A DNA stretch of 64,000 nt, taken from Escherichia coli. Lineage in GTDB: Bacteria; Pseudomonadota; Gammaproteobacteria; Enterobacterales; Enterobacteriaceae. This document shows, piece by piece, positions 30,085-40,047 of the stretch. Made by a program: the position numbers and the translations under genes. The first letter of the stretch is position 1, and each line of letters opens with the position of its first letter. Below the pieces are notes generated by a model. The model was not told the DNA's origin. It worked only from the letters and a program-made list of their open reading frames with translations, and did no database searches. Location of the stretch: the NCBI RefSeq assembly GCF_003790525.1, contig NZ_CP033635.1; one strand, given 5' to 3'.

Positions 30085-30101
30085 GGTTAATGTAACCGGA
30101 A
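30085..30101. repeat. Perfect palindrome CCGGTTA-atg-TAACCGG sharing the GGTTA/TAACCG iteron core of the ori-like region
   Basis: Second cis site 5.9 kb from the main iteron cluster, on the other side of the primase gene. This parallels the P4 ori/crr arrangement. Confidence 0.4.
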
Positions 30102-30362
30102 TAACTCAATTTCATACACTGTAAATAAATGCTGATTTTAAACTTAGCTCCTTGGAATATATTTCTTACGTGTGACGCACAGGTGAAAATATCCCTCTGA
30201 TAGTCCATTTTCTTTTATTTTGTCACATCTGTTTACTCCGGTTCCCTTAACAAGGGTAGAGCATCTTTTAAACCATGAATGCATCTTCGGTTAAGTGATG
30301 TTTCTTATTGTATGAAATATTTAGGCGCATATCGCGCCATGCTGACTATAAAATGAAAATAA

Positions 30363-30584
30363 TTAAGCCTGAAAACGTTGTTGTTTTCTTTCTTCTATCC
30401 AGTCGATAATTTCCTCTTCAACCCATGCAACCGCGCGAGGGCCTATTTTTATTGGTTTGGGGAATATATCAGATTTTATATCTTCGTAAATTCGAGCTCT
30501 TGATCTCCCTGTGATTTCAATGACTCTGGGGAGTCTTATTAATTTTTGAATCCGCCTTTCGCTGGTCTGTGAGTATGCTGACAT
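30363..30584 (-). CDS. alpA: AlpA-family phage transcriptional regulator (MerR-like HTH/excisionase-like)
   Basis: 73 aa. RLPRVIEITGRSRARIYEDIKSDIFPKPIKIGPRAVAWVEEEI is the AlpA/prophage CP4-57 regulator signature. Confidence 0.8.
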   Translation of the reverse strand: MSAYSQTSERRIQKLIRLPRVIEITGRSRARIYEDIKSDIFPKPIKIGPRAVAWVEEEIIDWIEERKQQRFQA

Positions 30585-31112
30585 ATTGGCCTCCTGTATA
30601 TGCTGACATTTTACGTTAGCTCACAGCGGGAGCATGTAAGATCTCGCGGTCGTCTGCGGGACGAGAAAAATCATAAACAACGAAAAGCGGATTTGTAAAT
30701 CAGGTCGATTTTCAGGCGGGGTTGACATGGACAGTGAGATTTGTTCCATGTGTGCAATATACATTTTAGGACCACTTTAAGCCACTTTAAACCGCCAGAA
30801 AGCGACAAAGAATAACAAGTTAGTGCCAGAAAGGTTTGCTGACTTACCCTTTTAGGTACCAGAAAAAGCCCTTTCAGGTCGGTGTAATGCTTGTGAACGC
30901 TGAAATAGTGGTTTCTGAAAACAAAAAAAGAATTGAAAATGTGATAAATATCACAAAATAATATCGATAAAATAGTTTGATTTTTTTGTTTTTATTAAAA
31001 GCACTGGTTAATTGTAAAAAATTAATTATAAATCAAATGGATATATCTGTTTTTTTAGGGTAAAAATCACTAGGTGCTTTTAGCAGTATCTTATTCTATT
31101 GATTTTAAAAGA

Positions 31113-31147
31113 TAAAAAAATCGGCGTGTCCACATATTGTCCACGCC
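31113..31147 (-). terminator. Rho-independent terminator of the P4-type int gene
   Basis: Hairpin GGCGTG...CACGCC followed on the minus strand by a T8 run. Confidence 0.55.
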
Positions 31148-31194
31148 TTGAGTTTAATTCAGCCGCTTGGGATAGTTTAGTTTGTTGAGTTGAT

Positions 31195-32457
31195 TCAGTC
31201 TGTTTCGTTAGTCCATTTAAAATCATAGGGGGAAATATATGCCGCCTTGCAGGTGTCGAGATAATCAGCCCACCATTGCAACATTCGGCGGCGTTCCTGC
31301 ATATGTTCAGCTCTGTGAACGTATGCAGCCCGGACACTGCCTCTTTCCCTGTGACTCATCTGAAGCTCAACGGCTTCTCTTGTCCACCTGCCTGACTCTG
31401 TCAGCGCCGAACAGGCCATGGTCCTGAATCCGTGACCACAAATATCTTTTTTTGTGTCGTATCCCATGTGGCGTAATGCCTTGTTAATGGTGTTTTCGCT
31501 CATTGGTTTTATCTGGTAATGGTCGCTGGGGAAAATAAACACTTCATCACCGGATATATTTCTTATATCGTCAAGAAGCTGCATGGCCTGAGTGGGTAAA
31601 GGGATGGCGTGAGGGGTTCCCATTTTCGTTCCACGATATGAATATTTTACGCCTTCTATTTTTTCGCGTTCTGCTGGTATTACCCACATTGATTTATCAA
31701 AGTCAATTTCATTCCAACGAGCAAAACGCAATTCACTTGAGCGAATAAAAATTAATAAATTTAATTTTAGTGCAAATTGCGTTAATAACCGTCCATTCAT
31801 CTTATGGTGGTAATCATTTATTTTGCCAAGTAATTCAGGTAATCGCTCAAGGGGAAGAGCGGGGCGATGTTTGGTTTTATTAGTTTCGATTGCACCGTTC
31901 AGTTCCTGCGCTGGATTGTATTTAATCATTCCATTCTGTACAGCGTAGCGCATAATGGCGTTCATTCGCTGCTTGTTACGTGATGCTGTCTCAAGCACTC
32001 CTTTGTCTTCCATTTTGCGTAAAGGAATCAGTAGATCCATGGTTGTGATCTCGTTAATTGGCCTTTTACCAAGAATGGGGAAGATGTGGTTTTCCAGGTC
32101 TTTTAAGACTTTTTGCGCGTGCAATTCGCTCCAGCCCTTTTTCCGGCTGTGCCATTCTCTGGCAACGTCTTCAAAAAGCACTATTTGAGGTTTTGGTGTG
32201 TGCAGTGGGTCAATGCCTTTAGCCAGGCTCGCCAGATATTCATCACGAGCGTTCCTTGCCTGTGCAAGTGTTACGGCAGGATAAATGCCTAAAGCTCGGG
32301 TCGTTTCTTTACCGTTGATAACCTTGCGAAAGCGCCAGTATTTTGAGCCGTTGGGGTGAACATAGAGATACAGGCCTTTCCCGTCACGAAGTTTTTTAAT
32401 TTTATTGTTGTCCTTATCTGGTTTGGCGTTACGTACAGCTATATCAGTCAGTTTCAT
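31195..32457 (-). CDS. P4-type tyrosine integrase (DUF4102 arm-binding + catalytic domain)
   Basis: Start chosen at MKLTDIAVRNAKP. Catalytic motifs GHGFRTMA and MSHRERGSVRAAYVHR. Directly adjacent to the 3' end of argW. Confidence 0.9.
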   Translation of the reverse strand: MKLTDIAVRNAKPDKDNNKIKKLRDGKGLYLYVHPNGSKYWRFRKVINGKETTRALGIYPAVTLAQARNARDEYLASLAKGIDPLHTPKPQIVLFEDVAREWHSRKKGWSELHAQKVLKDLENHIFPILGKRPINEITTMDLLIPLRKMEDKGVLETASRNKQRMNAIMRYAVQNGMIKYNPAQELNGAIETNKTKHRPALPLERLPELLGKINDYHHKMNGRLLTQFALKLNLLIFIRSSELRFARWNEIDFDKSMWVIPAEREKIEGVKYSYRGTKMGTPHAIPLPTQAMQLLDDIRNISGDEVFIFPSDHYQIKPMSENTINKALRHMGYDTKKDICGHGFRTMACSALTESGRWTREAVELQMSHRERGSVRAAYVHRAEHMQERRRMLQWWADYLDTCKAAYISPYDFKWTNETD

Positions 32458-32635
32458 TATGTTGATCCTCCAGACGGGTACAAATAAAAATCGAACCAAG
32501 CATACCCGCTTTTATACCCATTTTAATATGGGCTTCAGGCAAATTTAACGAGAGAAAATGAGACAATGGGAGATGTTTAACTCATTGAAAGTAAATGGAT
32601 AATGGTTTTTTCTGAGAGGTTGCAAGAAGTTGCGA

Positions 32636-32710
32636 TGGTGTCCCCTGCAGGAATCGAACCTGCAATTAGCCCTTAGGAGGGGCTCGTTATATCCATTTAA
32701 CTAAGAGGAC
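32636..32710 (-). tRNA. argW: tRNA-Arg (CCU anticodon)
   Basis: Reverse complement gives GTCCTCTTAGTTAAATGGATATAACGAGCCCCTCCTAAGGGCTAATTGCAGGTTCGATTCCTGCAGGGGACACCA, with anticodon loop CT-CCT-AA. Confidence 0.9.
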
Positions 32711-32785
32711 AATGCGGCATGAGTATACCCGCTAATGGACTGCGGGGTAAGTACACTGCCGCTCGATTGCTTAAACCCTCGCCAT

Positions 32786-33718
32786 TTATGCCGGGTTTTT
32801 ATCATTTTTCTTAATGTTTTCCGCACGTTCTGCTTTTTGGCGTGCTTCTGCTTTGCGCTTGTTGCTCATGTCGTTACGAATCTGTGCATGACTCATTAAC
32901 GCGAAGATAAAGGTGCCGCCGCAGATGTTCCCCGCTAAAGTAGGTAGTGCGAAGGGCCAGATGAAATCGCTCCAGTGCAGCGTACCGTTAAACACCAGAT
33001 AGAGGATTTCAACAGAACCGACAACGATGTGAGTGGTGTCACCCAGGGCAATAAGCCAGGTCATCAATATAATCACCACAATCTTTGCCGCACCCGCTGC
33101 AGGAAACATCCATACCATAGTGGCGATCAGCCAGCCGGAAATGATCGCGTTGGCAAACATCTCGCTGGGGGTGTTCTTCATCACATCCATGCCGATTTTG
33201 ACAAATGCATCGCGAGTTTCTTCATTGAAGATTGGCATATATTCAAATGCCCACGCCGCAATACCTGTCCCGAGAATATTACCCAGCAGCACGACGCCCC
33301 ATAACCGCATAAGTAAGCCAACGTTGCTCATTGTCGGTTTTTGCATGACAGGTAGTACCGCAGTCACGGTATTTTCGGTAAATAATTGCTGGCGGGCCAT
33401 AATGACGATAATAAAACCAAAGGTATAACCGAGATTCTCCAGCAAGAAGCTGCCCGGCACACCTTCCAGTTCGACATGAAATATCCCTTTTGCCAGTAAT
33501 GAAGCGCCCATCGACAGACCCGCCGCAATGGCTGACCACAGTAGTGCCATTGCGTCGCGTTCCAGCTCTTTTTCACCATCCTGGCGGATATGCTCATGAA
33601 TTGCCATCGCCCGGGAGGGGAGTCGATCTTCATCTATTTCTATTTTTTTGCCGCGCTCTTTTTCTTCACTCTCAACTTCAATTTCGTCGCTGTGTTGATC
33701 AATTTTGTCGTTGTCCAT
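32786..33718 (-). CDS. yfdC: Formate/nitrite transporter family inner-membrane protein YfdC
   Basis: 310 aa with FNT-family TM helices and a charged N-terminal extension. K-12 synteny argW-yfdC-mlaA. Confidence 0.9.
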   Translation of the reverse strand: MDNDKIDQHSDEIEVESEEKERGKKIEIDEDRLPSRAMAIHEHIRQDGEKELERDAMALLWSAIAAGLSMGASLLAKGIFHVELEGVPGSFLLENLGYTFGFIIVIMARQQLFTENTVTAVLPVMQKPTMSNVGLLMRLWGVVLLGNILGTGIAAWAFEYMPIFNEETRDAFVKIGMDVMKNTPSEMFANAIISGWLIATMVWMFPAAGAAKIVVIILMTWLIALGDTTHIVVGSVEILYLVFNGTLHWSDFIWPFALPTLAGNICGGTFIFALMSHAQIRNDMSNKRKAEARQKAERAENIKKNDKNPA

Positions 33719-34011
33719 GGTCTCTTCTCTTGAATTAGCACGTATAGCTAAAGCGTAGCGGCTTTTTTGCTCGCAACTGGCGGGAGTTACTCTGAAAATG
33801 TAGAAAAGGCCGCGTTTGCCTTTTTCTGTTTCTATAGAATCAAGTAGCCTACAGGGCGGCGATTACCAGGCTATGATCAAATCAGCAAATCAGGGCGTCT
33901 GGACATCAGTTGACGTGCTGTTACAATCGCCCACACCTAAACAGGCGGATACGGTATCGTTCCGTCATGGATGGCAAACTGCATAAGCCATAAAAAAACA
34001 GGGAGACATTT

Positions 34012-34767
34012 ATGAAGCTTCGCCTGTCGGCGCTTGCTCTGGGAACTACGCTTCTGGTGGGGTGTGCGAGTTCCGGTACAGATCAGCAAGGGCGTTCTGA
34101 CCCGTTAGAAGGGTTCAACCGCACCATGTACAACTTCAACTTCAATGTATTAGACCCGTATATTGTTCGACCGGTCGCTGTCGCCTGGCGTGATTATGTT
34201 CCGCAACCGGCGCGTAACGGTTTGAGCAACTTTACTGGCAACCTTGAAGAACCTGCGGTGATGGTTAACTACTTCTTGCAGGGCGACCCTTATCAGGGGA
34301 TGGTCCACTTTACCCGCTTTTTCCTGAACACCATTTTGGGGATGGGCGGCTTTATTGATGTTGCAGGGATGGCGAACCCGAAACTGCAACGGACTGAACC
34401 TCACCGCTTCGGTAGTACGCTTGGTCATTATGGTGTGGGTTATGGGCCATACGTTCAGTTACCGTTCTACGGTAGCTTCACGCTGCGTGATGACGGTGGT
34501 GATATGGCGGATGGTCTTTACCCGGTTCTTTCCTGGCTGACCTGGCCGATGTCTGTGGGTAAATGGACGCTTGAAGGGATAGAAACTCGTGCGCAGTTGT
34601 TGGATTCCGATGGTCTGCTGCGTCAGTCGTCCGATCCTTATATTATGGTGCGCGAAGCGTACTTCCAGCGTCATGATTTCATCGCTAATGGCGGCGAACT
34701 CAAACCGCAGGAAAATCCGAACGCGCAAGCGATTCAGGATGATTTAAAAGATATCGATTCTGAATAA
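34012..34767 (+). CDS. mlaA: Outer-membrane lipoprotein MlaA (VacJ), phospholipid asymmetry maintenance
   Basis: 251 aa with lipobox LLVGC and VacJ family signature. Confidence 0.93.
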   Translation: MKLRLSALALGTTLLVGCASSGTDQQGRSDPLEGFNRTMYNFNFNVLDPYIVRPVAVAWRDYVPQPARNGLSNFTGNLEEPAVMVNYFLQGDPYQGMVHFTRFFLNTILGMGGFIDVAGMANPKLQRTEPHRFGSTLGHYGVGYGPYVQLPFYGSFTLRDDGGDMADGLYPVLSWLTWPMSVGKWTLEGIETRAQLLDSDGLLRQSSDPYIMVREAYFQRHDFIANGGELKPQENPNAQAIQDDLKDIDSE

Positions 34768-34782
34768 GAAACAAATAAAAAA

Positions 34783-34808
34783 GGTGAGTCACAAAACTCA
34801 CCTTTTTT
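34783..34808 (+). terminator. mlaA intrinsic terminator
   Basis: GGTGAG-tcacaaaa-CTCACC followed by TTTTTTG. Confidence 0.7.
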
Positions 34809-34945
34809 GTTGTTATCCCTCAATTACCCCAAGTAAAAGAAGATAAACCGACAATGACCTGGACATAATTATGTAAAAATACTGATGTTCGTCATTGTCT
34901 GTTTCCGATATTCAGACGTTGAAAAATCAAAAAAACTGGACAATT

Positions 34946-36193
34946 TTAATTATCATCAAAATTAACATCCAATGCAGATAGTTGATTAATTTCATTTTGA
35001 TATTTAGCCTGGCGATTTTGAAGCCTTTTTTCAACTTTATCTTCGATTTCCTTAAAGTGGTCATATTTATTTTGAGAACGGTCAACTTCGTTATCGACTA
35101 AAGTAGAAATTATTTCTTTTACATTATCGCGTCTAAATTTTGCATCGTCCACTTGAAAATTATATCTTATTGCTCGACCTAAACGTTTAAAAACTTCGTT
35201 TGGCTCTCTCAGTCTTTCCCCGTTGAGCTCGTTTACAACCTGATGATCGGAACCTGTTGCAAATGATTCTGCCATGATAGCTTTACTGCTTTCAAACCAC
35301 GCTGAAGCATTCCTGGCTTTTTCACTACAATATTGGGTGAGACTATCACCATTAATACGAATTCCTCTTTGAATGTGGTAGTCGTCCTGATCATAGTAAC
35401 CGAGAGATAAGTAATCATTTCCGTTTTTATTTTTAATTACAATAGCGAGAGAATCGCCTTTTTTATCTTTACCGTACCAGGTAAATAAGTCCGTTGGTTC
35501 GCTTTTCCCATTCTCATCAAATTCCGTTATCGTATGTCTGAGTTTTTGTGATATCTTATCGAAGATAAAACCAGGATCTCCATCATATATTTCTTTTAAT
35601 GCGCTGAAGATCATTTCCTTCTTATTGATATCATGAGTATTCTCTACTACATTTTCATGGATGATGGTTTGGCCGACTTTTTTGTTTTCATCGTTCGTAG
35701 GTGATTTTATTGGTTCTTGATTATAGATACCACTAGTAATATCGGCTGTATCATTGGAGTCAATAGCACCCTCATTACCACTAACAACGATACTACCATC
35801 AGTAAAGTCAGCATTATTTATATCATCATGAGTCTTCTCAACTATGTTGTCATTAATGATAGCACGGACGAGTTCTTTGTCTTTATAGCTCGCAAGTAAT
35901 TTTATTGTTTCTTGGTTATCGATACCAATAGTAATATAGTCTGTATCATTGGAGCCAATATCAATATAAGTAACTGAGGAATTATTAATATTAAATCTAT
36001 CAGGATTGTCGTTTCCTCGTATGGCGTTTTTTATAAGCGCAAGTAGATGTTTAACACAGGTGCTTATTCCTTGCTTACCATTAAAAAGGTTTTTGAGCTC
36101 TTGTACTAATATATTAACTTCATCATTGTTATTTTCATTGATGGATTCTGTGTAAGCTGCGCTGGTATTGTTGATTGAAATAGATGGTAGCAT
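34946..36193 (-). CDS. yfdF: YfdF-like low-GC hypothetical protein (415 aa) with an internal tandem duplication
   Basis: N-terminus MLPSISINNTSAAY as in K-12 YfdF. Asn/Asp-rich. Segments DNIVEKTHDDINNADF and ENVVENTHDINKKEMIF form an internal repeat that makes it about 60 aa longer than I recall for K-12. Confidence 0.75.
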   Translation of the reverse strand: MLPSISINNTSAAYTESINENNNDEVNILVQELKNLFNGKQGISTCVKHLLALIKNAIRGNDNPDRFNINNSSVTYIDIGSNDTDYITIGIDNQETIKLLASYKDKELVRAIINDNIVEKTHDDINNADFTDGSIVVSGNEGAIDSNDTADITSGIYNQEPIKSPTNDENKKVGQTIIHENVVENTHDINKKEMIFSALKEIYDGDPGFIFDKISQKLRHTITEFDENGKSEPTDLFTWYGKDKKGDSLAIVIKNKNGNDYLSLGYYDQDDYHIQRGIRINGDSLTQYCSEKARNASAWFESSKAIMAESFATGSDHQVVNELNGERLREPNEVFKRLGRAIRYNFQVDDAKFRRDNVKEIISTLVDNEVDRSQNKYDHFKEIEDKVEKRLQNRQAKYQNEINQLSALDVNFDDN

Positions 36194-36559
36194 GATTTTA
36201 TTCCATGTTGATTGATTTGTTACAAATATATATTACCTAATAAAATAGACTATCAAAAAACGCTCATTTATTTAGACCCTATCTTTAATTTGAGTGTATG
36301 AGCGCACAATAGCCAGGGTGGTTTGAGTATCCTGGAAATTCAGAAAAGTAAACTCTTTGAGAAAGACGAGCAGAACGCCTGAAAATATGCCTTTCCCTTC
36401 AGGTTTGTCTGTGGATACCACTTAATGATTTGAAAGGGCAAGCTACCATCAGGCTGTTTGCAAAACTCAGGAGGCAAGCAATGAGGAAACAACTTTCGTT
36501 GAAGTGTGGGAGTTAAAGTCACCTGCATAGCAGGTGACTTTATCCAGGCGAACGCGTTA

Positions 36560-37900
36560 TCAGAACGCGTAGTTAAAGTTAGTACCGAACAGCCAGGCTT
36601 TACCTTCAGACTCGAACTGGTATGGGCCTTCGTTAATTTTCACGCTCTGACCGTGCATATAAGAAACACCAACATCGACTGAAGCATCTTTATTAAATGC
36701 GTAAGTCGTACCTGCACTCAGCCAGAAACGGTCCTGGTCCGGAATGGAGATAGAACGATTCTGTGCCGGAACTGGGCTGTCATCAAAGGCGATACCGGTA
36801 CGGAAGGTCCAGTTATCATCGTAGTAATAAGTGGTTCCCAACGCGATGCGGTAAGCATCTTTAAAGCCTTCATGTTTCTGGAACAGCGTGTCGCCACTCG
36901 TTGAGGTCGCTTTCAGCTGCTGGAACTGACTCCAGCTGGTGTAAGCCAGGCTATAGTGAATTGCCCACTGCGGATCAACACGGTTATAACCCGACACTTC
37001 CCACATTTCAGGCAGGTTCAGCGTCAGATAACCCGACTGCGTTGCGCCACCTGTCGCGGTAGGAATTGGCAAACCGTAGTTATTAAAAGCCGGGTTAAGA
37101 TCGCTGCTGTAGTTACCCTTGAAGTCAATTTTCACTTCAGAGCGGTAGGTCAATGCGTAGCGGTTGTTTTTATCCAGTTCGTACAGGATCCCGGCGTTCC
37201 AGCCAAAGCCCCACTGGTTACCGTTCAGGTGAGCGATTTTGGTATTACTGTCGATGCCGTTGGCGGTAGCTGCTAATGCTTGCCCCTGAGGAGTCTGCCT
37301 GGCAGGAGATTGCATAATCTGACCAGCAACCAGCTGCCCCAGATCGCCTGCGAAACGTTCAATTTTCGCGCGAGCGTAGACGGCGTTGAAACCAAGACCA
37401 AAGCTCCATGCATTATTTAAGCGATACGCACCGCTTAAGTTCAGGTTCATGGTTTCAAGGTCGGTTGTACCCCCGACAGAGCCGCCTGCATAAGTATCGT
37501 TAAACTCTGTTGCCAGGCCATAGTTAGAGGTAATAGAAGCGCCCCAACCAAATTGGTCGTTAATCGGTGCAACAAAGTGCATGTTCGGAACCCATGCCGT
37601 AGGTGCGATGTTATCGGCTTTCAGGCTACGGCCAGATGGAGACGTTCCGCTGATATTTACATCCGGATCAATATAAACCGCACCCGCAGAAAATGTCGGG
37701 CGGTCAAACATGGTAATCAATGCGGGGTTACGGCTAACGTTACCTGCATCATCGGCAATTGCGCCTTCCCCTGAATAAGCCCGGCCCAGGCCAGAGGAAG
37801 AAAATTCGTTTAACTGAAAGCCTGCCGACCAGGCCTGGGTGGAGATAAGTGCCACTGCGACTGCGAGAGCAGACTTTGTAAACAGGGTTTTCTGGCTCAT
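36560..37900 (-). CDS. fadL: Long-chain fatty acid outer-membrane channel FadL
   Basis: [33 protein letters not shown] signal and N-terminus. Ends in a C-terminal Phe. Confidence 0.95.
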   Translation of the reverse strand: MSQKTLFTKSALAVAVALISTQAWSAGFQLNEFSSSGLGRAYSGEGAIADDAGNVSRNPALITMFDRPTFSAGAVYIDPDVNISGTSPSGRSLKADNIAPTAWVPNMHFVAPINDQFGWGASITSNYGLATEFNDTYAGGSVGGTTDLETMNLNLSGAYRLNNAWSFGLGFNAVYARAKIERFAGDLGQLVAGQIMQSPARQTPQGQALAATANGIDSNTKIAHLNGNQWGFGWNAGILYELDKNNRYALTYRSEVKIDFKGNYSSDLNPAFNNYGLPIPTATGGATQSGYLTLNLPEMWEVSGYNRVDPQWAIHYSLAYTSWSQFQQLKATSTSGDTLFQKHEGFKDAYRIALGTTYYYDDNWTFRTGIAFDDSPVPAQNRSISIPDQDRFWLSAGTTYAFNKDASVDVGVSYMHGQSVKINEGPYQFESEGKAWLFGTNFNYAF

Positions 37901-38271
37901 GACCATAACCTCAATGATTTATTTTTATACAAACTATGTTACGTGCTGTAACAGGAGCGCGAAGTGTAGGGTCTGAGGTACATCTTAGAAATCAGACCAG
38001 TGGCGAGAGTATAGGTCGGACCAGCTGGAATGTTGCAAGTATGTTTCTATCTTTTTTCAAATATGATCTAAGAAACGCGATCCAGCTGGCAAAATTTGGA
38101 GGTGGCGCACTCATGGATTCGGGTGAATTTTGTTTTAGATCATTTTTAAGTGTGATTTCGGTCACTTATCCGATTTTGCAGAATTAACAACTGGAGCAGC
38201 ACTTTCCGGAAGCGTAAAATATCCACAACGTTTATCTGGCACCTTGGGTGCACATACAGAGGAAATCAACG

Positions 38272-38556
38272 ATGAGTAAATGTAGTGCTGATGAAACCCC
38301 GGTTTGCTGCTGTATGGATGTTGGCACCATTATGGACAACTCCGACTGCACCGCGTCTTATAGCCGCGTGTTTGCAAACCGCGCAGAAGCAGAACAAACG
38401 CTGGCGGCGCTGACTGAAAAAGCCCGTAGCGTGGAATCCGAACCGTGCAAAATCACCCCGACTTTCACTGAAGAGTCTGACGGTGTGCGCCTGGATATCG
38501 ATTTCACTTTTGCCTGCGAAGCTGAAATGCTGATCTTCCAGCTGGGTCTGCGTTAA
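38272..38556 (+). CDS. yfcZ: Conserved small protein YfcZ (UPF0381)
   Basis: Begins MSKCSADETPVCCCMDVGT. The listed ORF starts 8 codons upstream. The ATG at 38272 follows GAGGAAATCAACG. Confidence 0.85.
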   Translation: MSKCSADETPVCCCMDVGTIMDNSDCTASYSRVFANRAEAEQTLAALTEKARSVESEPCKITPTFTEESDGVRLDIDFTFACEAEMLIFQLGLR

Positions 38557-38573
38557 TTCCTCTCGGGTATATA

Positions 38574-38609
38574 CGCCCCTGTCAGTTCCTGGCGGGGGCG
38601 TTTTATTTT
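38574..38609 (+). terminator. yfcZ intrinsic terminator
   Basis: CGCCCC...GGGGCG stem followed by TTTTATTTT. Confidence 0.6.
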
Positions 38610-38736
38610 CTCTTCTACTTTTCTCTCTGTGTCATAGCTCCCACTTTCCCTTTTCTCCACTTGGCTAAATGTAAAAAAATGGTTAAGACTATGATCAGGT
38701 CAGACCACTTTATTTATTATTTTACAGGGGAGTGTT

Positions 38737-40047
38737 ATGGGTCAGGTTTTACCGCTGGTTACCCGCCTGGGCGATCGTATCGCCATTGTTAGCGGTTTAC
38801 GTACGCCTTTTGCCCGCCAGGCGACGGCTTTTCATGGCATTCCCGCGGTTGATTTAGGGAAGATGGTGGTAGGCGAACTACTAGCACGCAGCGAAATTCC
38901 CGCCGAAGTGATTGAACAACTGGTCTTTGGTCAGGTCGTTCAGATGCCGGAAGCCCCCAACATTGCGCGTGAAATTGTTCTTGGCACCGGAATGAATGTC
39001 CATACCGATGCTTACAGCGTCAGCCGCGCTTGCGCTACCAGTTTCCAGGCGATTGCAAACGTCGCAGAAAGTCTGATGGCGGGAACTATTCGCGCGGGGA
39101 TTGCCGGTGGGGCCGATTCCTCTTCCGTATTGCCCATTGGCGTTAGCAAAAAACTGGCGCGCGTGCTGGTTGATGTCAACAAAGCCCGCACAATGAGCCA
39201 GCGCCTGAAACTTTTTTCTCGCTTACGTTTGCGTGACTTAATGCCCGTACCGCCTGCGGTAGCAGAATATTCTACCGGCTTGCGGATGGGGGACACCGCA
39301 GAGCAAATGGCGAAAACCTACGGCATCACCCGAGAACAGCAAGATGCATTAGCGCACCGTTCGCATCAGCGAGCCGCTCAGGCGTGGTCAGACGGTAAAC
39401 TCAAAGAAGAGGTGATGACTGCCTTTATCCCTCCTTATAAACAACCGCTTGCCGAAGACAACAATATTCGCGGTAATTCCACGCTTGCTGATTACGCAAA
39501 GCTGCGTCCGGCGTTTGATCGCAAACACGGGACGGTAACGGCAGCAAACAGTACACCGCTGACCGATGGCGCGGCAGCGGTGATCCTGATGACTGAATCG
39601 CGGGCGAAAGAATTAGGGCTGGTACCGCTGGGGTATCTGCGCAGTTACGCATTTACTGCGATAGATGTCTGGCAGGACATGTTGCTCGGTCCGGCCTGGT
39701 CAACGCCGCTGGCGCTGGAACGGGCCGGATTGACGATGAGCGATCTGACCTTGATCGATATGCACGAAGCCTTTGCAGCTCAGACACTGGCGAATATTCA
39801 GTTGCTGGGTAGCGAACGTTTTGCTCGTGATGTACTGGGGCGTGCACATGCCACTGGCGAAGTGGACGATAGCAAATTTAACGTGCTTGGCGGTTCGATT
39901 GCTTACGGGCATCCCTTCGCGGCGACCGGCGCGCGGATGATTACCCAGACATTGCATGAACTTCGCCGTCGCGGCGGTGGATTTGGTTTAGTGACCGCCT
40001 GTGCTGCGGGTGGGCTTGGCGCGGCAATGGTTGTGGAGGCGGAATAA
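38737..40047 (+). CDS. fadI: 3-ketoacyl-CoA thiolase (anaerobic beta-oxidation)
   Basis: 436 aa thiolase with active-site Cys region and C-terminal GGG motif. Overlaps the fadJ start. Confidence 0.95.
   Translation: MGQVLPLVTRLGDRIAIVSGLRTPFARQATAFHGIPAVDLGKMVVGELLARSEIPAEVIEQLVFGQVVQMPEAPNIAREIVLGTGMNVHTDAYSVSRACATSFQAIANVAESLMAGTIRAGIAGGADSSSVLPIGVSKKLARVLVDVNKARTMSQRLKLFSRLRLRDLMPVPPAVAEYSTGLRMGDTAEQMAKTYGITREQQDALAHRSHQRAAQAWSDGKLKEEVMTAFIPPYKQPLAEDNNIRGNSTLADYAKLRPAFDRKHGTVTAANSTPLTDGAAAVILMTESRAKELGLVPLGYLRSYAFTAIDVWQDMLLGPAWSTPLALERAGLTMSDLTLIDMHEAFAAQTLANIQLLGSERFARDVLGRAHATGEVDDSKFNVLGGSIAYGHPFAATGARMITQTLHELRRRGGGFGLVTACAAGGLGAAMVVEAE

Larger units (their letters stand above)
19948..32660 (-). 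mobile_element. P4-like satellite prophage / PICI-like integrative element at tRNA-Arg argW, about 12.7 kb
   Basis: Bounded by the argW 3' end and its 19-bp direct repeat. Gene order from argW: P4-type int, alpA, small ORFs, alpha-like primase-helicase, second recombinase, iteron region, Ogr/Delta, cargo. This parallels the P4 prophage order int...alpha...(eps/sid) delta psu...hotspot. Confidence 0.8.

Noticed and set aside
31080-31337. 85-aa minus-strand ORF overlapping the int 3' end and terminator
   Set aside because: It spans the int terminator hairpin and the int stop, and it is a frame artefact.
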